Of a stretch of DNA of 64,000 nt, positions 15,050-27,780 are shown in pieces. Each line of letters begins with the position of its first letter. The stretch's first letter is position 1. The DNA comes from Octopus vulgaris (taxonomy: Eukaryota). A program made the translations under genes and the position numbers. The notes below the pieces were generated by a model, which worked only from the letters and a program-made list of their open reading frames with translations, was not told the DNA's origin and searched no databases. Where the stretch lies: the NCBI GenBank assembly GCA_951406725.2, contig OX597816.1, positions 129,890,001 to 129,954,000 of the forward strand, given 5' to 3'.

Positions 15050-15211
15050 GTTTCAAATTTTGGCAGTGCTCAACTGATACTTCTTTCATCGACTCCGAAA
15101 GGACGAAAGGTAAAGTCGACCTCGGTGGAATTTGAACTCAGAACGTGCAGATTGACGAAATGCCGCTAAGCATTTTACTTGGTACGCTAACGATTCTGCC
15201 AGCTCACCATC
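15050..15211 (-). mobile_element. tRNA-derived SINE, family B, with 19-bp target-site duplication
   Basis: TTAGTTTCCTTAATTAATG at 15031-15049 and 15212-15230; body homologous to 26720-26934. Confidence 0.85.
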
Positions 15212-17442
15212 TTAGTTTCCTTAATTAATGCTGCCAGTTTGTATTTAGTTGTACTCATAACTTAGTATAACACAGAACCGGAATTGGCAACTTGTATTCA
15301 TTATTGTTAATTGAGATTTCAGTATTTTCTTGGAAGATTTACTGTGGTTGTAATTCCTCCTTGAGTAGTCAATAAACATACTTCTAAAAAAAAAAAGTCA
15401 TTTGAGTCAAGATCAAAAGTGCGAAATAAACGGGAAGACTTCCTTACATTTTCTTTTTCTTTTTATATTTAAAGTTGCATGAAGCTTTTTAACTGTAGAA
15501 TTCCGTCCATTGCTACTTCTCTACAGTGTAGCTATTTATTAGAAACTAATTGTATTAGGGTGTCACTCTGTTATTATATCTAGGTCAGACGTCTCATCGA
15601 CTGATACAGCAAAGTAGTTTAGTTATATACATAAGTGGGATCAGCTGGTTATCCGCTATGCCTGTACTTCAACCAGTCACCCCTTATGAACTGAGTAGTA
15701 ATAATTTACAATACAGTAAAACACACATCTGGCCTTCTGTGTGTGCGTCGCACGCGCAAAGTATAGTCTTTATATTCATGTATTGCTTTTAATGTGTACG
15801 TGTGTAAATACATATATGAATGTATGCATATGTTAGTCAACCATAATTTTTAGACAGTATATGCGGTTTACGCCAAATTTAAGACTCTTATTCGTTTAGA
15901 TCAGTATTTCTCAAAGGATTGAGGGGCGCTGTGGAACATTATAGACAAGAGCAGTGTGCATGGAGGGGAGGGCTAAACGTAAAAGTTCAGAGGTGATGAA
16001 CCCCAAAATCGTTTTAGCATGGCTGTGTGGTTAAGACGTTCACTTGGAAACCACGTGGTTTGTGGTTCAGTACCATTGTGTGGCACTTTTGGACGTTTTT
16101 TACTATTACCCCGAGGTGACCAATGCCTTGAGAGTGATTTTGTTAAGCGAAAAATCGTCATATATATTGTTTTTTATCTTTTACTCGTTTCACTCATTAG
16201 ACTGCGAAAATTTTTCAAGGGACTTGGCTGTTATTTCTAACATGTCGAGAGACCTTCTAGGCTTAACTTTATGCACTGGTAGAAAATCATCTAAAAATAA
16301 TTCTGGGATTGATACAATCGACAAAAAATTTCTCAAGCTGGTGTCCCAGCATGGCCGCAGTCTAATGATTGCAACAAGTAAAAAGAAAAACAAAAATGAA
16401 TTATATCACAGAAGTGGTTTTGATCAAGCTTTAAAAAAATTCTGGGTTCCATACTGCCATCTAAAAATTCTTCAAGGTGGTGCGCCAGCATGGCCGGCTG
16501 CAGTTTAACAGCAACAAATAAAAAAAATTCTGGGGTCGATACATTCAACTAAAAATTCTCAATACGAAAAAATAACCGAAAACTATAACCGTGGAGCTTT
16601 TGTCCTAGGGGACTTTTGTCCGGACTCCGATTTAACACGACCTGGTGAAGTAAACATAATCCTCAAAAGTCACATTAATGTAAATAATCTACTTGATTCT
16701 TTCATTCTTTTATTGTTTTACTGATCGCAGTCCTGGGTTGCGACATGCTGTGGCGCCTTCTTGAAGGGTTTAGTCGAGCAAATCCATCCCAGTACTTATT
16801 TTTAAGCCTGGCATTTATTCTTCGACCTCTTTTTTGTAGAATCGCTAGATTACAGTGACGTAAACAAACCAACACCGGTTGTCAAATGGTGAAAGAGGAC
16901 AAACACACATACTTTCCGCACACTTTCTCTCGATCAAATTCATTCTTAAGGCATTGGTCGGTCGAGGTCTCTCACAATTATTTGTGAATTCATCCTCGGG
17001 CTCCCTTTTAAAAATCCATTTCAGAATTTGAACAGAATCTTCCTCTCATTGTTTTCTATACTTTGGGATTAACTCCATTAATGTTTCTTCCATTTGTATT
17101 CAAAATGTTTAGAAATGCTGGGGTTTGTTTACTACCAGCCCTATATCTCCATATATTACACTATCACTTTGATTTTCTACTATTTTTAGACGTTTAAGTC
17201 ACACACTAGATGGCCATCTCTATATTCTGATTATTTCAGATTTATCGTAAGATGAAATATTTCCTCCGCTCTTCGTTAAAATTCATAACATTTGTGAATA
17301 ATGATTTGTAAGAAGCTTGCTTCCCAACCACGTAGTTCTGGGTTCAGTCACACTCCATACTATAACTGGGGTCTATTCATTTGACTGAAAATTCTTCACG
17401 CCAGTGCCCCAGCATATATGCCTAGGTATACATGTGTGCATA

Positions 17443-18796
17443 TATATTTATGTGTATATATATTTACATGCGTGTGTATACATACTGACACATGTAAAAA
17501 GAAAAAAATTATTGATTCCTATATGGATTTAATAGGCGATTATGTCATTTCCTAAAATGTGCTTATCAAATGCACTACACCTATCCTCTATCGCTCATAA
17601 GTGTAATGTGTTGGCGTCGAAAGAAAACCATTATTTTACGAGATCAAAAGGTGTCTGAGTAAGAAACAGTTGAGAACCACTTGTCTAGACTGTAACCTTA
17701 AGTAACTTCTGGCTTTCTAAATGATGTCATGAAATTCATTGACAGCCAGAAATTAACTAGCGAATACTTTTGTCGATTCACGGATTTTTTATGTTAGTCT
17801 TACAAGTTCAATAAACTTACTTTCACAAAATAAAGTAACTTACAGAACCCTGAGAGGGAGGGGGGAGAGAGTGTGTGATTAGTAGATAAAATTGTTTTTA
17901 ACATCACTCTCTATAACAGAAAAAAGCGCATATTTCCGCAAACTTTATGCAGACACCAGCGTGGTATAAAGTTTGAAAAGCTGTACGTATTACCAGGTTC
18001 AGTTCACATGTCCACTAATGGGATTCTGCTTTTCCAAGACTGTTATCTACTTGGTGATACTTACTCCTTGATAACATCCCGGGATACTCATAGTCAATGA
18101 ATTCAAAGTGATGTTCCTTCAGCATATACACTTCAGACAGGGACAAAGAAAACTTCGTGTCCTTGACCAGTTTTATTTGGAGCATCGAGATCAATATAAC
18201 TGGTTCAGTACATCCTTAATAAGTCATCTCTTTACTCGCTCTCACCATGTAACTACCGTCTTTGTCTTTGTGAAAAACTGCTCATATCCCTTGACGAGAG
18301 ACTGAACTTTCATATATTAACCATAAGTGAAACTTTCTATTAGCTAATTTTAAATTATTAGTTGTTGACGCTAGTCCATTAGTTTTACAGCTAAAATTAT
18401 CTTATTTCCTTGTAATTGCTAACAAAAGGTTGGCTACAACCAGCCAATAGAGTTTGCTTCAACCTACCATTCAGCAGTCAAGCTGGCTAACAGAAACAAG
18501 TTTCACTCATTATATTATATCTTACCATTCAGTATCAGGGTATCTGAGGGATCAAACATGCTTCTTGTGTTTGTGAAACTAGTAGCTATATAGATCTGCG
18601 TCAAACTGTTGATACAAATACGTTAACGTCCACAGCATTACACTTATGAGCGATAGAGGTGTAGTGCATTTGATAAGCACATTTTAGGAAATTACATAAT
18701 CACCTATTAAATCAATATAGGAATCAATAATCTTTTTTCTTTTACATGTGTCAGTATGTATACACACGCATGCAAATATTTATACACATAAATATA
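17443..18796. repeat. Long inverted repeat (arms 17443-17608 and 18636-18796)
   Basis: For example TTTCCTAAAATGTGCTTATCAAATGCACTACAC pairs with GTGTAGTGCATTTGATAAGCACATTTTAGGAAA. Confidence 0.9.
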
Positions 18797-19344
18797 ATGT
18801 ATGGCGTATGTATGTATGGCATTTTGTTTTGCTTTCGTTTGTTTCCACATACACGTATTTATGCGTGCGTGTATGTGTATGTATGCACGTGTGTGTACGC
18901 ACGCGCATATATATGTATATATATTTTTTCATACACATGCGTTTACATATGTATACATAGATATACAAACAAACACGTATGTACATAAATATCTATATAC
19001 GCATACGTAATGGACTAGAGAGAGAGTTTTAGCTTGAGAATTAAGTACGATCTAAAATTTCTTGATATTTCTAATAAAGCTTGTTCTTAAACCAACATCT
19101 TCCACTCACCAGACATATGTGATATTGTCAGCCACCGAAGCAACTATGCGTAATATACAATGATTTATCTGATTTTCATTTGATCCATTTTTTCTTCTAT
19201 CCAAGAATAAGATTTATGTCTTATATTATCTGTCTTAACTTGGCATACTGTGGGTTTGTGAATTGGGAAATATTCCATCGATTCATTACTGTAAACTATT
19301 CTTGCTCATCTGACTCCAGTAACAATCACTCGTGTATCATGTAT

Positions 19345-19570
19345 TATGTATGTATGTATGTATGTATGTATGTATGTATGTGTGTATGTATGTGTGTGTG
19401 TGTATGTATGTGTGTGTGTGTGTGTATGTTTGTGTGTATGTATGTGTGTGTATGTGTGTATGTATGTGCGTGTATGAGTGTATGTGTGTATGTATGTATG
19501 TACGTACGTACGTATGTATGTATGTATGTATGTATGTATGTATGTATGTATGCATGCATGCATACATGTA
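19345..19570. repeat. (TATG)n/(TG)n microsatellite
   Basis: Directly visible. Confidence 0.95.
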
Positions 19571-22500
19571 TGGTATTCAGTTTAGCGGTACCTTTTAACA
19601 TTGAAACGATAGACATATGCATGGTGAACAGTCTTTTGACTTCTTTTCTTTTAACCAAATTATTTCCTTCTTTATGGTTAAGGCTCTACTACTAATATCA
19701 GGAATAATTTCCTTCCTTCTTACTCTGTGTGTGTGTGTGTGCATAGGTATACATGTGTGTATATATACTTACATATATTTGCATGTGTGTATACATACAT
19801 AGCACACAAACAATCCACTCTTCACTCGTTTTTTTCCACTCACAGCTTTAATATTCAACTCTCTGAAACACTAGCTTCTATCACATATATAATAATGATT
19901 TCTTTTGACTTGACACCGCATCAATAAAACATTCCTCGGTGCACACCACACAAACTATCCGCTACAGTAAATTATTGATTTGAATGGTTTCTTCGTTTTG
20001 CTTTTCTTGTTTCATAATTTTCTTCCACGAAAGAAAAACAAGGTGTGTTTTTCTTATAAGTTCTCTACGGCTGTACACAATACGTTTGATTACCATCCAA
20101 CCTCATCTCACCTTACCTTACTCCCCTGTGTGTCAAGGAACATTGTAAATGCTCACCTGAAGACCTGTACTTTCTAGAAGCAATTAAACAGACTTTATTT
20201 CGGTTTGTATCCACCAAATTCTGAAGAAGCTGGCATTGAAACCACGCCGTTTCGGTTTTAGTCCCACTGCATGGCATCTTAGGCAAGTGTTTTCTACTAT
20301 AATCTCGAGTTGACTGATGCCTTGTGGGTGAAATTGATTGACAGAAATTGTGTAGAAGTGTGTGCGTGTGTGTATGTTTACTCTCACAATATGACTGCTT
20401 GACATGTGTTGGTTTGTTTACGTCTCCATGACTTAGCAGTTCGGTAAAAGAGAATGATAGAACAAATATCAGAATTTCAATAATAAGCAGTGGGTTCGAT
20501 TTTTTCCACTGAACCCTTCAAATTGCTGTCACTGAATCGCTGCAGTTCAATGACCGAAACAAGTTAAATAAGAACGGGTTGCGTTCTTAAAGGATGTAAA
20601 AGGGAAAACAAAAATTTGTACTCGTTGAGAAGACACCCAAACAGAGTGGGGAAAAGTTTTAGAAACCAAAGACTAAGTTTTCTATAGTCAGCGACAATTC
20701 TGTTGTTGTTCGATTTGTTAGAAAAAGTAACAAAATCTCCTTTAAATTACACTCAACCATCTTGAAAAGAGAAAACATTGGATGATCTGGTCCTAAATAT
20801 GAGACAAATTGGGTGGCCATGGCTGGAGCAACATTGGTCATAGGTCTGCTCAGTCAAAGCTGACCTTGGATTAAACAATAGCAATTATAAGGAACAGTTT
20901 TAGCGGTACGCTGTAACTTAGAAAAATTTTTTTTTATTTCTAGTAGCTCAAGCGACTTTGTAGAGATTCCTTTATTGGTTACTTGCCGATTCGAAATCGA
21001 ATCCTCTGGAAATGAAAGGAAGAAACTTTAGAATTTTACAGTATTTTACAGAACAGATCCACCTTTTAATTAAGTATCAGACCCGGTCAATCTATCAGCA
21101 GTGTATGATATCCTATGTACTAATTTGAATGTGCAGCTTTACACGCGCGTGCATCTTGAAAGTGAAAGATTATGCTACTGACTTCAATCTTCTGTAATCA
21201 CTTCATTGACATCTCGGGTTATTATATATGTTGTTAACAAAGGAGATAACATCAAAGTATGACGTCACTTTTGATTTCTTTTGTTAAATCTTAAACGCCA
21301 AAATTATTCGTGACAGCTTATCAAATTTCTTTTTGATATTCTTGATGTTTCTTGCATTTGTTTTTGTTAGCTGTCAAGTTTTCCTAGATGCCGCGTTATC
21401 TCAATAATATCGGTTTAACTTTTGTCAGCCTGTGATTTCTACTTTGTTTTTTGTTTCGAATTTAAAACCGCAGAAACTTCCTGAAAATATTACATCATGC
21501 ATATTTTAAGATTTTTTGGGTTTTTTTTGTTTAATTTCGTTTACAAACGACTAATATTGATTGTTGTCAATTAGCCATCACTTTAGCTGGGTTTAAAAAT
21601 AATTAGTACTTCTATAAGTGCTCGTTGAAAGCATCAAGAAACCACTGTCTGTCTTCAATACTCGGAATAAAAATGAATACGCTTAATATAAATTCCATTC
21701 TTTGAAGACAGTAGCAAGATTTAAACAGTTCGTTATGCTAAATTTATAGGCAAATGTCTTTCTGTTAACCATCACTTTTCTTCGTCTTATTCATTTTTCT
21801 TTAAGTGGCACGCTCTCGCACACCAGTTTCCTGTAATAAAAATAGTTTTTTTAAGTGTCTTTTCTTTTATCAGAGATGCCACAATTATACTCACTGATGA
21901 CGTCATTGCCCTTCTTGAGCGGTCATAATAATGAATGTTATGACCTTTCGACTTTTATTCCTCAGATCATTTAAATATTACTTTCGTATCCAGTGCCGGT
22001 ACTTGCAAAGTATTAAACTTACTCGCTCAGGTCGTCTAATTGTACATAGAAAGCAACGGTTGCATGATAACTACAAATGGGTGATGAAATGTTCCAGGCT
22101 TCGAGTAAAAGAAAATACAGGAGGATTCACACAATTGCAGCAGTCCTTCAGTTTTTCTAAGCCCTGTAAAAGAATTCGGAAGGCTAGGCCTCCAACAAGG
22201 CTTTCGCGACACCCTTAAAGCCAGGGACTTTCCAACACCCCTTTGTATAAACGAGTGTTATGTTACCTTTCACTGATTGCCGAGTTCAACGACATCTTCG
22301 GTACAGTTTGGTAAGAGATGGGTTTCTCAAGGAATTTTTCGAGATACACTACAAGTAATCGGAATTCTAAGTGGAGCACCAACGATTCGATAATGACCAA
22401 ATATTCTAAGTGACAATGAGGAAAACCTCTCCTGGTTCCTTGATCTGTTAGAAAAAATTAATCTCTTTCAAATTACATCTTACCGTTTTAAAACGGAAGG

Positions 22501-23207
22501 GAAGAACATATCTGAAAAAAATGGGAAGAAAGGGGCGCCTTTTATCATAGGTTTACTTGATAGGGACTGGTTTAAGTGCTTAACCAAATATACATAGATA
22601 ATGTATAAAGCTATACATCCACATCCACATTCACACACACCACATATGCACATAAAGATACTGTTGACATCTTAATTTGTAGTATTTGGCTTCACATCCA
22701 TATAAATATAAAACCTGTAAACTAGGAGACAAACAGACTTAAAATAGACTTGGAGGAGAAACGACATGTCATTTGTGAGGTTGCGAATAGCAACGAAAGA
22801 ATTTTGATGAACTTAGCTAATTGATTGGGTGGCCGACCGATTAATCAAACGACTGATTAGTTAATTGGTTAAATGGCTAACTAGCTGACTTATAATAATA
22901 AAAGAAGTGAAATAAAACCAGTGCGTTTATTATTGGCATAATGGTCCACCCGAAATACAACGAAAACTGTGTACATAACCGTAAATTCGTAATTTGATTT
23001 CGTGCTATCTTCTTTCCAACGTGTGTGTGTGTTCTTTCATTTTTATAATGATTACCACCATATTACTGTCAATATCAATATCGCCACCTTTCAATGATAA
23101 TCATGAATATACTTTAGCACCAATCTTATCACTAAATCTGAATTAGATGGATTCGGTTTCAAACAAGTTTCAAACATAAATAAATTTTCTAACAGTGTGT
23201 CTGTGTG

Positions 23208-23307
23208 NNNNNNNNNNNNNNNNNNNNNNNNNNNNNNNNNNNNNNNNNNNNNNNNNNNNNNNNNNNNNNNNNNNNNNNNNNNNNNNNNNNNNNNNNNNNN
23301 NNNNNNN
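23208..23307. other. Assembly gap (100 N)
   Basis: Run of exactly 100 N, so the true size is unknown. Confidence 0.99.
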
Positions 23308-23593
23308 TATAATTAATTAATAAGGGTGAGAGAATTAGATACTAATTTAATAGTATATTTATTCAACACCAAGTGGCCTAGTGCTCTGAGAAACCTGGAT
23401 TATTATAATATTTTATAACATATTATAATATTTTTACAAAATAAATATAAGAGAGTGGTCACTATATTTCTCACTCTAGCACCAGTTAATCCAAAAGGTT
23501 TCAACCACGAAAATACATGCTTCCCATGAAAGTCAGTACGATTGTTAGCTCACACGGACAGGGCAAATAAAAATAACAAAAATACAGATTATT

Positions 23594-23670
23594 TTGGGAC
23601 AATTGTTTCGCTATTAATGAATTAAATGTAATTTTACCTACAAGAAATCCATTTGTAGCTCGTCAGCCAA
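23594..23670 (-). ncRNA. Minimal type I hammerhead ribozyme, copy 1
   Basis: Minus strand reads UUGG-CUGACGA-GCUA-(42 nt)-UAGC-GAAAC-AAUU-GUC-CCAA: full catalytic core, stems I/II/III and a GUC cleavage triplet. Confidence 0.85.
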
Positions 23671-24127
23671 GACTATCTGGATGAAATCCACTCAATCACA
23701 CGCCAGATTTTACCATAACGATAAATACGCGTGTGGTTCAATTGATTACATCCGACGTTATAATTCAAATGCCCCAACCAACAGCGCGCCAAACTTTCAC
23801 GGAAAACAAATACAGCATTTAGAAATAAATGCAGCATAATTATAATTAATTAATAAGGGTGAGAGAATTAGATACTAATTTAATAGTATATTTATTCAAC
23901 ACCAAGTGGCCTAGTGCTCTGAGAAACCTGGATTATTATAATATTTTATAACATATTATAATATTTTTACAAAATAAATATAAGAGAGTGGTCACTATAT
24001 TGCTCACTCTAGCACCAGTTAATCCAAAAGGTTTCAACCACGAAAATACATGCTTCCCATGAAAGTCAGTACGATTGTTAGCTCACACGGACAGGGCAAA
24101 TAAAAAATAACAAAAATACAGATTATT

Positions 24128-24204
24128 TTGGGACAATTGTTTCGCTATTAATGAATTAAATGTAATTTTACTTACAAGAAATCCATTTGTAGCTCGTCAG
24201 CCAA
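24128..24204 (-). ncRNA. Minimal type I hammerhead ribozyme, copy 2
   Basis: Same core and stems as copy 1. Confidence 0.85.
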
Positions 24205-24662
24205 GACTATCTGGATGAAATCCACTCAATCACACGCCAGATTTTACCATAACGATAAATACGCGTGTGGTTCAATTGATTACATCCGACGTTATAATTC
24301 AAATGCCCCAACCAACAGCGCGCCAAACTTTCACGGAAAACAAATACAGCATTTAGAAATAAATGCAGCATAATTACAATTAATTAATAAGGGTGAGAGA
24401 ATTAGATACTAATTTAATAGTATATTTATTCAACACCAAGTGGCCTAGTGCTCTGAGAAACCTGGATTATTATAATATTTTATAACATATTATAATATTT
24501 TTACAAAATAAATATAAGAGAGTGGTCACTATATTGCTCACTCTAGCACCAGTTAATCCAAAAGGTTTCAACCACGAAAATACATGCTTCCCATGAAAGT
24601 CAGTACGATTGTTAGCTCACACGGACAGGGCAAATAAAAAAATAACAAAAATACAGATTATT

Positions 24663-24741
24663 TTGGGACAATTGTTTCGCTATTAATGAATTAAATGTAA
24701 TTTTACCTACAAGAAAAGTCCATTTGTAGCTCGTCAGCCAA
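24663..24741 (-). ncRNA. Minimal type I hammerhead ribozyme, copy 3
   Basis: Same core; 2-nt insertion in loop II only. Confidence 0.85.
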
Positions 24742-25198
24742 GACTATCTGGATGAAATCCACTCAATCACACGCCAGATTTTACCATAACGATAAATACG
24801 CGTGTGGTTCAATTGATTACATCCGACGTTATAATTCAAATGCCCCAACCAACAGCGCGCCAAACTTTCACGGAAAACAAATACAGCATTTAGAAATAAA
24901 TGCAGCATAATTATAATTAATTAATAAGGGTGAGAGAATTAGATACTAATTTAATAGTATATTTATTCAACACCAAGTGGCCTAGTGCTCTGAGAAACCT
25001 GGATTATTATAATATTTTATAACATATTATAATATTTTTACAAAATAAATATAAGAGAGTGGTCACTATATTGCTCACTCTAGCACCAGTTAATCCAAAA
25101 GGTTTCAACCACGAAAATACATGCTTCCCATGAAAGTCAGTACGATTGTTAGCTCACACGGACAGGGCAAATAAAAAATAACAAAAATACAGATTATT

Positions 25199-25275
25199 TT
25201 GGGACAATTGTTTCGCTATTAATGAATTAAATGTAATTTTACCTACAAGAAATCCATTTGTAGCTCGTCAGCCAA
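25199..25275 (-). ncRNA. Minimal type I hammerhead ribozyme, copy 4
   Basis: Same core and stems as copy 1. Confidence 0.85.
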
Positions 25276-25317
25276 GACTATCTGATGAAATCCACTCATC
25301 ACACGCCAGATTTTACC

Positions 25318-26068
<751 letters not shown>

Positions 26069-26305
26069 TGCACTTGTTGGTAAAGCTATTGACCTTCGGT
26101 AAGGGAATCTAAGATTTGAATTTCCTCGTCCCCTGATACATTTATATAGCATGGGGATTTTGATATACAGTTTAAAAATAAAATGAAGAGAAAAAAATAA
26201 GAGAAAAACTGTGTAACTGTAAATGTTTCTTTCTTGAAGTAAAACTGTGTCACCACTTCCTAGGGTAACAACAGAAAATTGTATGGAATGTTACTGTAAA
26301 ACCGG

Positions 26306-27375
26306 GGGAAATCAGTTCATGATATGACGGCTGTCTAAGAAAGTTGAGTGAAAAAATGTCAATAATGTGCATCCAGGTATTCTAATGTGTGTGGAGAAGG
26401 GATTGTCAAAACTATAAGAAGTATTTGGGTTAAATGAATATATGTTATAATTTAGTGCTATACTTTTACTCTAACTCCTTATAGTTCAGAAAAATTGAAC
26501 ATAGTCTTATGCAACTCTTATTTTAGGATCCAAGTTTTGTCGTTGATATTATTTTTGCTTAACATGTAAACATGAGATAAAAGTACGAGCACTTATATAG
26601 GTACAGTATTATAGTATAAGGTTAGTCAAGCGGTCGAGCTGTGTGCATGACCTTTGCAAATGTGACAGGTAGAATGTAATCAACAACAATATATATGTAT
26701 GTGTATATATATATATTAAGGCGGCGAGCTGGCAGAAACGTTAGCACGCCGGGCGAAATTCGTAGCCGTATTTCGTCTGCCGTTACGTTCTGAGTTCAAA
26801 TTCCGCCGAGGTCGACTTTGCCTTTCATCCTTTCGGGGTCGATAAATAAAGTATCAGTTACGCACTGGGGTCGATGTAATCGACTTAATACCTATGTCTG
26901 TCCTTGTTTGGCCCATTGTGGGCAATAAAGAAATATATATATGTATGTGTACTTGTAAAAATACGTGATTCAGAAAAAGCAGGTACTCGTATAGAGTGGG
27001 TATATTATTATTTCACATCAGGAATTGAGAAAAACCTACAATAAGGAAACATGCCGGGGTTTTCTCAACTCTTGGTATGAAACCGATAGGTAAACTCACT
27101 TTTATGGGAATATACTATACATTTTATTAATCATCATCATTATTATTATTATTATTTATTATAGGCATGATGGCAGAATCTTTAGTACGCTGGACGAAAT
27201 ACTTAGGTGGTATTTCGGCTGTCGCTACGTTCTGAGTTCAAATTCCGGCGAGATCGACTTTGCCCTTCTTTCTTTCGAGGCCGATAAAATAACTACCAGT
27301 GGAACACTGGGGTCGATGTGATCGACTTAGCCCCTCCTCCGAAATTGCTAGTCTTGTGCCAAAATTTGAAATCAT

Positions 27376-27406
<31 letters not shown>

Positions 27407-27780
27407 GCAGGTGATATTATATAGTGTACATATCACATTTGCAAAGGTCATAGTTTCAGCTCTATCTCTTGACTAACCTTATTCTAGAATATATACTTAA
27501 GTGCTGATACTTTTATCTGATAGTTACATATGTTAAACGAAAGTAATATCAACACCAAAACTTGGATGCTAAAATAAGAGTCGCAAAAGTTTGTGCTCAA
27601 TGTTTCTGAAGTAAAGGAGCGAGAGAAAAAGTACAGCTCTAAATCATATATAGCCATTTAACACAAATGGTTCTTATAGTTTGACAATCCCTTTTCCATA
27701 CACAACACAATAATAACTGGATGCACATTATTGACATTTTTTCTCTCGACTTTCTTAGCCATTACATGAGCTGATTTCCT
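26306..27780. repeat. Large diverged palindrome (arms 26306-26665 and 27433-27780; central hairpin about 26985-27110)
   Basis: AAAAAATGTCAATAATGTGCATCCAG pairs with CTGGATGCACATTATTGACATTTTTT; TGACCTTTGCAAATGTGA pairs with TCACATTTGCAAAGGTCA. Confidence 0.9.
26720..26934 (+). mobile_element. tRNA-derived SINE, family B (Meta-domain-like centre)
   Basis: GGCGGCGAGCTGGCAGAAACGTTAG head, GAGTTCAAATTCC B-box and GCCTTTCATCCTTTCGGGGTCGATAAA centre; many copies in the window. Confidence 0.85.

Larger units (their letters stand above)
23308..25320 (-). repeat. Tandem array of ~534-bp units (about 3.8 copies), retrozyme or Penelope-pLTR-like
   Basis: Unit starts (TA[T/C]AATTAATTAATAAGGGTGAG) at 23308, 23841, 24375 and 24912. 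Copies are near-identical and the track shows no ORF of 60 aa or more. Confidence 0.97.

Noticed and set aside
21894-21905. CTGATGA motif
   Set aside because: No stem II or GAAA follows; it overlaps a CRE palindrome.
25282-25290. Plus-strand CTGATGA in the last array unit
   Set aside because: Created by a single-base deletion relative to the other three copies (CTGGATGA); no matching stems.
23308-25320. CRISPR-like or coding interpretation of the tandem array
   Set aside because: Units are near-identical 534-mers with no unique spacers, no cas genes and no long ORF; the context is eukaryotic.
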